A stretch of DNA of 64,000 bases from a virus, in the IMG/VR virus record IMGVR_UViG_3300032285_004186. The stretch is one strand, 5' to 3'. A model generated the notes under the pieces. That model was not told the DNA's origin, searched no databases, and saw only the letters and a program-made list of their open reading frames with translations. Positions 48,101 through 58,500 of the stretch are shown one piece after another. Both the position numbers and the translations under genes were made by a program. How positions within the stretch are numbered: position 1 is the stretch's first letter; every line of letters starts with the position of its first letter.

Positions 48101-50971
48101 TTAACTATATTAAATCAATCAAACTATACTTTATCTAAAGCACCTTCTGCATATCAGCATAAAAAATCTAATAGCCAGACATATTGGATAAGTGCTAATA
48201 AATTTTTTAATCAATATGATTATTGTATTGGTTCTAATTATCTATTTTTGTCTTCTTTAAGCAGTAATATAGGAATAATAGATATTCCATACTCCACAGA
48301 AATGTTTGATATTTCCGGATTAACAATTTCTTTGTCCGGGTTTAGTGATCTATATCCACCAAATCATACCATTTCTTATTTTAAACCTGATAAAGATTTT
48401 TTAAAGTCTTTTAATTTTTATATAACAGCTGCAACCAGTGTTTTATCTGGCAATTCTTATCTAAATTCTTTTAAATCTAATCCGTTTATAGTTCCTTACA
48501 ATACAGATATAGATTTTACCTTTTCTTTAGCCAAGACTTCTCTGGATTTAAATTATAACAGAACAATTACCATTACTCAGCATTTTTCCGCTAAACCTTA
48601 CAATTCTCCAGTAAGACCCCTAACTGAATTTGGTACAGTTACTTATTTACTTTCTACTAATTTTTGGTCCAAAGAAATCACTCTTCCGTCTATAGACGGC
48701 ACTTTCAACGCTCTTTATTTAAAAACCGGTGACCCCTATGAGGAAGGATATGTAAGTGATTCTCAAACAAATTATCTAGCATTTAAACCACTTTTTAGTA
48801 AAATGTTTTATCAAATACCCTCGTCTACTTTTGATAATTATTCTATAACTGATTATGAAGGTCAAAGAGATTTGTGGAATAAAGATACACAAATAACTTA
48901 TTTTCCAACATCAAATACTGGTCCGTATAAATGGCAAACTTTAGTTACTCACGTTACGGGTTTAAAACCATTAATTTTTGTGTCAGACTATATAGCTCTT
49001 ACTGGACAAGAAATATATATACAATATTCCATGCCAGATGAGCTAAAAGAACATTATCATAATGTAGCTTATTATGCTACAGATTTTGGTGAAACTGGCT
49101 CGACTTATATTTTACCAACCACTAGTCTACCTTATCAATTAAGCAAATATCAATATTCTTCTACTGGATCTTTTTTTATACAATACTCTGCATTTTATAC
49201 AGATGGAGCTCTCAAAACCGGAGAACTTTTAGATCCTATCACAATCAAACCTTATTGGACTCAATATGATCAAAGTGTTATAAGAACCATAGATGAAAAT
49301 TCTTTAATTTTTCCTTATTCTTTAGAACAAACCACTATTCAACCTAATGAGTGGGGAGATGTTGATATCTTTAATACTTCAGTTTCTCGCTTATATAACA
49401 ATTTGCAATATTTGCAAGATAACATACAAACAATTAATTCTGATACACCCACATTACTTTATGGTTGGTTAGGTGGAAATGTTTATACTAAATCTCAAGG
49501 CATTCGTTGGTTTGTTCGAAATTTTGATCCAAAATATTATCTTTTTCCTAATTATGCCTCAACCACCAATAGTGTATCTGCATTCTATAATATAGAAGAC
49601 ATAGCTATTAATAATGATTACATATATGTATTAGATAATTATAAACTTAGATGTTTTTATAATAAATCTTACAAACCTATAGAGACTTTTTTTGATTTAT
49701 CTTCTTCTTGGAATTTGGAAATGGTTGCTCCTAATAGTTTAGATATAGATTTAGAGACTTCTGATTTATTTATTGTAGACCCTCCTCGCAATAAAATTGT
49801 TCGTTTGAATGTAGATCTACAAACTCCAGCCATTAATTTTTCAGTTAATGTTGGTGGATTTGGATCTCGATTAGATTCCAGCAAATTTAACGCACCTTCT
49901 CAGGTAGTTGTAGCCAATAATAGTGTTTTTGTTTTAGATTATAATAATAAATGTGTTAAAGAATATACCAAGGATCTTAATTGGATGCACACCTATTATC
50001 ATCCAGATTTTGAAACTAATTCTCCCATTAGTATAGCCAGTAATCAAACTGGCTTAGTTTATATAGCCACGTCAACTTTTAAAATTTATATTTTTTCTGA
50101 TGCAAATCCATCTACTCCAGTAGTTAATTTTACATTAACAGAAATGCAAAATTTAAATATAAAAATTGTTAAAATAATTTTAGATAAATTTGGCGGATTT
50201 TTATATGTTAACGGTATCAAGAAAACATTTAAATATACCTCCACACCTATAAAAACAAATAACAATTCTTATGTAGGAGTTTTTATAGGCATAATGAATT
50301 TAAATTTTTCATCTTCTTCCATTAAAAACGGATCTAATCAAAATTTATTTTTATCAACTAAAAACGCGATTATTAGAGTACAAGACATAGTTGCTTTATT
50401 TAAAATTGGCAAAGGCTTGCCTTATTCAAATTGGACGCAAGAGCAATTATTGTTAAACAAACAAGAATTTGCTTCTGATTTAAACTATAATAAATGTTTG
50501 CAGCGTTTAGTACAAAATGTTAAAACTTTTAGAAATAATTTAAATGCTAAATTTGTTAAATCTCTTAAAAAAACTGCTGTAGGAGATGTATCTTATTTTG
50601 CCATGGCTCCTATTTCTGTATCAGATCTACCTGTATTTGAAGATGATGTAGAAAATGAATTGGTTAATATTGGAGTCAATGAATTACATATACCTCAGGT
50701 TTTTAATAGAGAAATATCTAAAATTTACAGATCTTTAGATTTATTAAGAAATTTTTTAAATATATCTCAAATATCAGAACCAACTACACAGACTATACAA
50801 GAAAGTTTTTGTTGGTCTTGGAAGGCTACTTCTTGTTATAATTTAACCTTGCCTTCTATTAAAGTATTAGATGTAAATCCTATTACTTATACAGAATTAA
50901 AAGCAGACTTTCCTGTAGATTATGCACCCTCTAAATATTGGAAAGATGCTCAATCTAATTGCTGTTCTTAA
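45185..50971 (+). CDS. 1928-aa virion structural protein with C-terminal NHL / beta-propeller repeats
   Basis: S/T/Y-rich beta content; blades DIAIN..YIYVLD, P.SLDID....LFIVD..RNKI, KFNAPSQV....VFVLDY.N; late motif 6 nt upstream. Confidence 0.6.
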   Translation: MASSIQAFNIQTLGSWPTETYQISPLDQYIDPNAGFLPAENMFRYLNVAMNETDSLHTVNYYGINYKFSDPPISQYVIDTSRNSSLVWDLSSHRKAYNFGPQINYLYILSNPGVDSLYQKYYATLTYPSRLFLKPLNLRKNASSWTLTTSSVLVSAQSFFFSGSSHEIASYLQHISYLNSPPTFIPLPNDIKNNFVFELSSCRMQVNTPLVMFTDTFNPAKASRTLDRLGGVIRPDSTFITYNINYYNKQNNKITSLSQVTPDVDHLAPHGFKTSYILNQSELSSSSLQKYQLLQYKPFDNVTDNLASPFLCILSAVFNLTSTNLQYFNLQFARDNYTLYTASTGTPGSIIGASYIVDSDRMLFSTETSQSTLSSFQINGISKNLGIPVNYAYLTNNSSWTTKYPPHYYSYKNSLYSPLNGFSNNKSDTCNLTFYLQTSVVNLQTTSALLSSFISSDHNILSYNLPDNNVNEYIKYELISDNSLIRNTQSLSAINFYYGSSTFSSPYNIISSPWVSVTSGCQLYIDYPGAPYGQTSLTIRSTLSSAAGYLASRQVAEVSLAPGIFQSAVGHPIFLDRVDQGPDYFDVSCSMLTASPGWPTKDLRDSYISWSFTPQDLNAQLLSINSAGSVLLNLSANQPYRFSDFTNSVRLSGIGFSTAVIYLSSQKYNQVTSLTSISSLYDPFYLKQFVINPQIPLANENKTRTITLFAQLPFANQLYDIPLGTSVFWEWDYLTNTAPTRGPINVYYGPLKTPYTYGQEMDITSLSSIYIEITPQENDNIPILNHARFRLSSKIRNPQISSIYEVVVDDFPARSIFNSDFKIGYTNYQQTEGIILDTGLNNFTVTRPNDGTNVFSLSSYANSHISPNTTYVWTISDDANTLSSQKILYSNHVINYDINPRASVTTITLSALSAVLTPWFNLNITGNTEFSNTNPVHSVETSVTVFTPTTADFYKPLEFIIYPEYAWLGGRNLTILNQSNYTLSKAPSAYQHKKSNSQTYWISANKFFNQYDYCIGSNYLFLSSLSSNIGIIDIPYSTEMFDISGLTISLSGFSDLYPPNHTISYFKPDKDFLKSFNFYITAATSVLSGNSYLNSFKSNPFIVPYNTDIDFTFSLAKTSLDLNYNRTITITQHFSAKPYNSPVRPLTEFGTVTYLLSTNFWSKEITLPSIDGTFNALYLKTGDPYEEGYVSDSQTNYLAFKPLFSKMFYQIPSSTFDNYSITDYEGQRDLWNKDTQITYFPTSNTGPYKWQTLVTHVTGLKPLIFVSDYIALTGQEIYIQYSMPDELKEHYHNVAYYATDFGETGSTYILPTTSLPYQLSKYQYSSTGSFFIQYSAFYTDGALKTGELLDPITIKPYWTQYDQSVIRTIDENSLIFPYSLEQTTIQPNEWGDVDIFNTSVSRLYNNLQYLQDNIQTINSDTPTLLYGWLGGNVYTKSQGIRWFVRNFDPKYYLFPNYASTTNSVSAFYNIEDIAINNDYIYVLDNYKLRCFYNKSYKPIETFFDLSSSWNLEMVAPNSLDIDLETSDLFIVDPPRNKIVRLNVDLQTPAINFSVNVGGFGSRLDSSKFNAPSQVVVANNSVFVLDYNNKCVKEYTKDLNWMHTYYHPDFETNSPISIASNQTGLVYIATSTFKIYIFSDANPSTPVVNFTLTEMQNLNIKIVKIILDKFGGFLYVNGIKKTFKYTSTPIKTNNNSYVGVFIGIMNLNFSSSSIKNGSNQNLFLSTKNAIIRVQDIVALFKIGKGLPYSNWTQEQLLLNKQEFASDLNYNKCLQRLVQNVKTFRNNLNAKFVKSLKKTAVGDVSYFAMAPISVSDLPVFEDDVENELVNIGVNELHIPQVFNREISKIYRSLDLLRNFLNISQISEPTTQTIQESFCWSWKATSCYNLTLPSIKVLDVNPITYTELKADFPVDYAPSKYWKDAQSNCCS

Positions 50972-50993
50972 TTATTAGCTATAAATAAATACA

Positions 50994-51614
50994 ATGTTTC
51001 ACTATTCTACTATAATTTTAGATCCAGATAATAGAGAAATTGTATTAAATGGTATATCACCATTTTCTTTGTCTATAGATCCACAAAATACAGATCGAGG
51101 ACTTAAAACTTATAAAATAGTATATGATTTTGATGACGATTCAGCTATAATTACCAAACTTTTAGCAGCAATGCCTTCAGCTAAAAATGATTATTTAAAA
51201 TACCCGTATGAAATTTTAGATCCACGTAATCAAATTTTGACTCATTCTTTAATTTTACGACAAGAAATATCCAGAACTTTTAATATAAATATTAAAGTCT
51301 ATTCTATTTTAAATCCAATAATAGGATCTGGAGAAGTTCCTAATTATACAGAATATAAAATTACTTTAAATTTAGAAGCTCCTATATTAGATACGGCATC
51401 TATTGCCACGAGTGGTAATTATTTTGAAGAAATGCACTTAGTTAACACTAGAATGTTTGGAGCAGATAATACTATTCTTTATAATTTTGAAAGTGAAAAT
51501 CCTCATTATCTTTTACCAACTTTAGTTAAATGGCATAATTTATATAGTGATTTAAATCCTCCTCCATTTTTATTTGATCCTGAATATTCGCCCCGCGGTA
51601 TGTACCCACGATAA
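50994..51614 (+). CDS. Hypothetical structural protein
   Basis: Canonical TATAAATA at 50980-50987; tail module context. Confidence 0.55.
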   Translation: MFHYSTIILDPDNREIVLNGISPFSLSIDPQNTDRGLKTYKIVYDFDDDSAIITKLLAAMPSAKNDYLKYPYEILDPRNQILTHSLILRQEISRTFNINIKVYSILNPIIGSGEVPNYTEYKITLNLEAPILDTASIATSGNYFEEMHLVNTRMFGADNTILYNFESENPHYLLPTLVKWHNLYSDLNPPPFLFDPEYSPRGMYPR

Positions 51615-51615
51615 T

Positions 51616-52557
51616 ATGTTAGAATTTCAAAACCATAATATACCCGGTGAACTTTGGTTAAGATCTCCAAATGGAGACAAACAACTCGCATCAATGTTAT
51701 TAAATAATATTTATGCCAAATATGAAACACTAAATCCTTCTGTTACTTCCAATTTATATGGAGTTGTATACGGCAATGATCAAGCTATATATGATACTTT
51801 TTATGGTGAATTGACATCTAATCAAATTACAAGATTTGATTCTTTTTATGATTCAATTTTTATAGAAACAAAATCTGGATGTATTTTTGAAAAAATTTAT
51901 ACAGAAGATAATTTAATCAAACCGTTTACTGTTTCTGACAATTTTACAGCCAAACACAATGTTCATCCGGGATTTTTGTCTTATGATTCATATGTTGATT
52001 ACTGGTTTGATGAAAGTAATAATAGAGTGTTTTATGTTTATTTGTCTAATCTGAAGGAAAATAAAGATTTTCCAGACAGATTTGCATTTGCAGTGATTGT
52101 TAATATTTTTGATTGTAACACTGGTTTAATAAGAACTGTAATGTTATGGAAAGTAGTATTAAATTTAATAGCCAAAGATGGATGGGATCCTTTTAATTTT
52201 ATTATAGAACCACCAAAACTTACATTTAATTCCACCACCAGGACTTTTAATGTTTCTTTTTTATTAAAAAACGAAAATAAACAATTTGGCTTAATAAGTG
52301 TTAATTTTAAACAATCAGACACTCTCCAGAACGGATTGTATGAAATTAAAGAAGTAAACGGCCATCTTCCATTTTTTACCATAGATCCCTCCAGATGTGA
52401 AGCCTATCCTTTTGATCCACACGGGCTTTCTTTATATCGAGTAGTAACGGTGGCATCTAATAAAAATGATCCAGCTTACAATTTGAAATTTGTTTTATTG
52501 GATTATTGGAATGAATATGATGAAATATTTGAAGCAAAATATCTGGATATAGAATAA
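51616..52557 (+). CDS. Hypothetical structural protein
   Basis: Tail module context; start refined to ATG 51616. Confidence 0.55.
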   Translation: MLEFQNHNIPGELWLRSPNGDKQLASMLLNNIYAKYETLNPSVTSNLYGVVYGNDQAIYDTFYGELTSNQITRFDSFYDSIFIETKSGCIFEKIYTEDNLIKPFTVSDNFTAKHNVHPGFLSYDSYVDYWFDESNNRVFYVYLSNLKENKDFPDRFAFAVIVNIFDCNTGLIRTVMLWKVVLNLIAKDGWDPFNFIIEPPKLTFNSTTRTFNVSFLLKNENKQFGLISVNFKQSDTLQNGLYEIKEVNGHLPFFTIDPSRCEAYPFDPHGLSLYRVVTVASNKNDPAYNLKFVLLDYWNEYDEIFEAKYLDIE

Positions 52558-52566
52558 ATAATAAAA

Positions 52567-55500
52567 ATGAATTCTTTATCTGCTAATGGTGAAATAAAAA
52601 TAACAGACCTCAGCCCGGCCAGAGATTTAAGGGCCAGTGATTTATTCATAGCAGCCACTCATCTTGATGGTTCTGCGGATATAACTACACAATCTGTTTC
52701 TTCTTGTGTACTTTTAAAGTATATTTTAGCCAACGGAGCATATAATTTTGCACCAGATCTTTCTAGCATCGGCGCTCATACTTGTAATCCTTCATTATAT
52801 GGTAGTTTTGTATGTGATGTTAACTCTAAACATTTTACTATAATTCCTTCTCATCCATTACCTATATGTGAACCTTCTTTTGAAGCTCCTAATTTAGGCA
52901 CAGATTCTTATTATTCTAACATTGGCGGTGGTGTGGGAAATATTGTTTGGGGTTTAGAGACAACCATTGGTGGTGGATGTCGTAATGTGGTAATGGATAG
53001 TAATTCTGTTATTGCTGGGGGGAAAAATAATTTTATTAATTGTTGCGGCTCCACAATTGCTGGGGGTGAAGACAATACCAGTTGTGATATCTACACATCC
53101 ATAGGTGGTGGAAATAATAACTTAATTAATCAAGTAGGTGGAACTATTGCCGGTGGAGAATACAATTATATTACTCAACCAGCAGGAGAAGATACAAATT
53201 ATCAAGGAGCTGCTATAGTAGGAGGTTCTTGTAATGCCTTATCTGGATGTTTTGCTTTTATAGGTGGTGGATATCATAATTCGGTACAACAAAACCACTC
53301 TTCTATAGTTGCAGGAAATTGTAATTTAATTTCTTCTTCTTTCAGCACAATTGGTGGTGGGCAAAATAATATTATATCTGGAAATTGTGGAGTTATAGGA
53401 GGAGGTTCTTTCAATCAATTAATATGTAACGGATCTATTATTGCTGGTGGAGATCATAATAGCACCGCTGGAGATTATTCAACAATTGGTGGTGGGAACT
53501 ATAATTCTGTACAAAATTGCTTTTCTCAAATTGGCAATGGTGAACATAATTGCATAACCGGAGTTAAGTCTGTTATAAATTCTGGTACAGAAAATTATAT
53601 AGCAGGTGATTATGGTTTTGTAGGAAATGGTTTTTGCAATACTGCTAATTCTAATTTTAACATTATAACTAATGGAATGTATAATAATTCTGTTAGTGCT
53701 CATGCTACTATCATTAACGGTATTTGTAACAATACAATAGGAGACAAAGCCACCATTATTAACGGATGTCTTAATTCCGCAACATCAGATTACACTTTAA
53801 TAGGTAATGGATGTAATAATGCATCCTCTGGCACAAATTCAACAGTTATTAATGGTATTTGCAACTCTTCTTCTGGTTGCAATAGCTTAATAGGTTCTGG
53901 TTGTAATAATCTAGCATCGGGATTTGAATCTCTTGTACTCAACGGAAATAATAATTCTTCTCACGGAATTAATAGTTCTATAATTAATGGATTTTCTAAT
54001 TCTTTAAGTGGCAATTTAGCATCTATTATTAACGGTAGTAATAACTCTGCTATTGGCAATTGTAGTTTGATAGGCGGCGGTGCTTATAATAATACAAACG
54101 GGGTTTATTCTATTGTTGTTAATGGTTGCTGTAATATAGCATCTGCAAATCATGCTTCTGTAAATAATGGTTATTGTAATATTGCCAGCGGAGTCAATGC
54201 CACTGTTGTTAATGGTACATGTAATACTTCCTCCGGTAATTATAGTTTAATAATTCAAGGTTCGTGTAACTCTTCTCAAGGAATTAATTCAACTATAATA
54301 AACGGGTATTGTAATACTGCTGTTGGAAATAATAGTTTTATAATCGCTGGCTGTTGTAACCTTGCTCTTGGTAGCAATTCTTCTGTTTTTACGGGCTGTA
54401 AAAATATATCTATATGCTCCAGCGGTTCTATAATATCTGGTTTTAGCAATACGGTATCTGCTATTCAGGCTACAATAGTTTCTGGCTCTAACAATTTAGC
54501 CACTGGTTACAACAGCTTAATAGTTTCTGGATGTAATAATAGTACTGGTAACACTTCTTCAATTATTCTTGGTGGGTGTTTTAATACCTCTAACGGAGCC
54601 AATAGCTTAATAACTGCAGGTTGTAGCAATGTTACACTTGGAACAAATTCCACAATTATCAACGGTGTCTGTAATGCTTCACAAAGCAATTACAATTTGA
54701 TAGCCAGTGGATGTTGTAATACAGTTACGAACAATTATTCTATTGTCCTAGGAGGGTCTAATAATTGTGTAAATGGTGCATCTAGTTCTATTATAAACGG
54801 AACTGCTAACTTTTCTCCCGGATCCGGTAGTTTAATAGGATCTGGTAATTGTAACTCTTCTTGTGGAGCAAATTCTTCTGTTTTAAATGGAAATTGTAAT
54901 ACTTCTTCTGGCAATTGCAGCACTGTAATAACTGGTTATTGTAATACTGCTTCTAATAATAATTCAGTTATTGTGGCTGGATGTTGTAATAATATAACAA
55001 GTGAGTATAGTATTATTAATAATGGCAAATGTAATTCTATTTCCGGCAATTATTCTGTTATAGCTGGCGGTTCAAATAATATTGCTGCTGGAGTTTGTAG
55101 TATTGTATCTGGCGGCTATGGAAATTGTGCTTTAAATCCAATTTCTTTAATAGTTGGTGGTTATTGTAATGTTTCTTCGGCAAATGGTAGTTCTATAATA
55201 GGTGGCAACTGCAATATCTCTTCTGGAACAAATTCTGCCATTATAAACGGTTGTTATAACAATGTTTCCGGAAAATGTAGTATAATCGGCAGTGGTTGTT
55301 GTAATCTAGTAACCAATGATTATTCTATTATAATTTCCGGGCGTAATAATTTTTCTTGTGGTAGCAATGATTTGATAGGAACTGGATTTTTTAATTCTTT
55401 ATCCGGTTCAAATTCTACTATAATCAACGGTGGATATAATTCAATTAATGGAAATTTTGCTTTAATAGCTGCTGGTTGCTATAATATAGCTGACGGAAAC

Positions 55501-58500
55501 TATTCTTCTATTATTAATGGTTGCAACAACATTTCTTCTGGAACAAATAGTACAGTAATCAATGGTCAAAACAACTCTATTAGTGGGTCTGATTCTTCAA
55601 TTATTAACGGTTGCTATAATTCTAGCTCCGGCAATTGTTCTTTAATAGGATCCGGAACAAACAATAATACTTCTGGCAACTTTTCAGTGATAATAGATGG
55701 TTATTGTAACGTTTCATCCGGAAATAATAGTGTAATAGTCAATGGATGCAACAATATAGCATCTTCAGATTTTGCTAGTGTTTTTAACGGTATTAAAAAT
55801 ACAGCCAACGGAGCTAGTAGTTTAGTGGCCAGTGGGTGTAATAATATTGCTTCAGGAAACAATGCTGTTATTTTTAGTGGATCCAATAATTTAGCATCCA
55901 ATAATAACGGTCTTGTAATATCTGGGTTATATAATGCTTCTTCCGGTATTAACTCAACCATTATAGCCGGAGCCTTTAACAGTGCTTGCGGAAATTATGG
56001 ATTAATAGTAAATGGGTGTCAGAATGTTGCTTGTGGAGACTATTCTTTAATATTAAATGGATGTTTTAATACCTCTTCCTCTAATAATGGTATAATAGCC
56101 GGGGGATATCTTAATACATCTTCTGGAAATTATTCCACAATATTAAATGGTAATAATAATTGTGCTTCAGGTAATCGCAGTTTAATAGCTTCCGGAACCT
56201 ATAATGTTGCTAGTAATAATAATTCAGTTGTTTTTAGTGGTAATAATAATAGATCTAGTGCTTTTAACAGTACTATAATAGGTGGAGTTTGTAATTCAGC
56301 CTCTGCTAACAACGCTTCTATTATCAATGGTAGTTGTAACAATGTATCTGCAGAATGTGGTTCTGTAATTTCTGGTAGCTGTAACAATGTATCCGGAGTT
56401 TATGGGTCTATAATTAATGGAAGATGTAATTCTATTAACTCTGATAATTCCTTTATAGCAGGTGGAACCTGTAATCAAAGCAATTTTCAACCCAATACTT
56501 TTATTTTAGGGTCTTGTATTACAGCCACTCGACCTGATTTCACTTATGTAAATAACTTAACATCTAAGAATGAAATTTATGCTGCAAATAATGTATGTAG
56601 TACAAATATTTGTGCTACACAATATATTCATTCTAGCATGGATATGTGTGCCTCAAATGTGTCTTACGGAAATATAGTATGTGGTACATCTTTTGTATGT
56701 TCACCTCAGTCTTTTTCTTCTATATGCTCTGTAACACCATTTTTAAGTGCTCAAAATGCTTGTGTATCCGATACAGTACATACTTCAATAGTTTGTTCAG
56801 ATACATGCGTAGATGCTTGTTATCTTGTATCTAATAATATTCTTAGTAATCAATCTATCACTAATACCGGTATTTTAACCAATATAGGCACTCTTTCCAG
56901 TATTGGTTCTATTTGTAATTCTGGAAATATTAACAACATCGGTTCCGTTTGTAATGTTGGTATTTTGTGTAATATAGGCACTATTTGCAACTCATCTGGT
57001 TCTATAAATAGTGATAATGACATTACAGTAAGTAGTACTGGTAGATTTTTAAGTGCTGGACACGACCTCATAGAATTATTCAATGCCTATACAGCTGGTC
57101 CAGGTTTTTATAAAACCCCAGCTGTAAATGAATTTGTGGGTGATGGTACAACTGTTATTTTCAGTTCGCCAGACTTTGCTAGCGTTAACCCAAACAATTA
57201 TATCATTTCTATTGGTGGATTGACTCAGAGACCTAATATAGATTTTACTTGCAATTATTATTATAAAGGGTCAGTTATCTTTAATGTTCCCCCTCCAGCC
57301 GGAGAAATTGTCACTATTTATTCTAATCAAAGCAGTGAAACTGGAAGAGAAATGATTGGATTTTTTAATCCGCAATATACAACAATTACTTCTTCTAATA
57401 CTGCTCAATATTTATTACCCGGCTCTGTATATAATGGCGATGATGCTAACGGATACGTAGTAGCAGTTTCTGGTTTGGTTCAGAGACCGTATACAGATTT
57501 CACGGTTACTAGTGCTTTTAACGGACAATATGGATTTGTAGGCGGTGTATTAACTCTTTCTAATACACCAGCTTCTAATATACCTATAGTGGTTTATTCC
57601 TATAAATTTACTGGATTATCTATTTATAATTCCATCATGCAGTATCTTTCTAGTACTAATTATGGGGTTCCAGTTTCATCTATAGTAGTTCCTAGTTTAA
57701 CCGCCACTGTTGGTATAACCGCTCCGTGGATTAATACTCCAATTATATCATACAACACAGGCACAACTGTAAGAGGAGATTTAACTATTACAGGCGGGTT
57801 GACCACTTTAGGCGGAATTACTTTCTTAGGCTCTCAGGTTTCAAACACTACAGCTTTAAGTGTCGTGAATAACGGACCCGGAACTGCTTTATTCATTTCA
57901 CAATTTAACACGGCATCTCCTATTGCATCTTTTTATGATTCTCAAGCGAATAAAGAAGTCTTGAGAATAGGTTCTACCGGAGCTATTAGAAATGTCGGAA
58001 TCTATACATCTACTCCTAATAAAACTTTAACAGTCACGGGAGATATAAGTGCCTCTGGATATTTATATGCCGGAAAAAGTCTTATTACCGGCCTAGGCAC
58101 TTCTGTAGAAGACTCTGCTATTGAATTGGGAACGGATAGAACTGGTGACGGTAATGCTTATATAGACTTACACACTTCTGTAGGAACAGATTATAATGCT
58201 CGTTTTATTAGATTATCTGGAATAAATGGTGCGGCATCTCTTACAAACATCGGCACCGGAAATCTTTCAATAACCCAGGAAGGAATTGCTCCTATAATCT
58301 TTAATACTTCCGATACTGAAAGAATGCGCATTGGATCTGGAGGTAATATTGGTATAGGAACCTCTAATCCGAGAAGTTTTGTTGAAATATTAAGTTCTCA
58401 AAATGCCTCCACTGGATTGTTAATAAACAATCAAAGCAATCAACCTCTAGCTGAGTCTAGTTTAAACATTGGTGCTTACGGAGGAACTTGGTCTATTGCA

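Noticed and set aside
52921-56484. 45-nt periodicity as a possible CRISPR array or DGR template
   Set aside because: Repeats are conserved at protein level only and lie in frame within a CDS. There are no identical direct repeats with spacers, no cas gene and no reverse transcriptase in the window.
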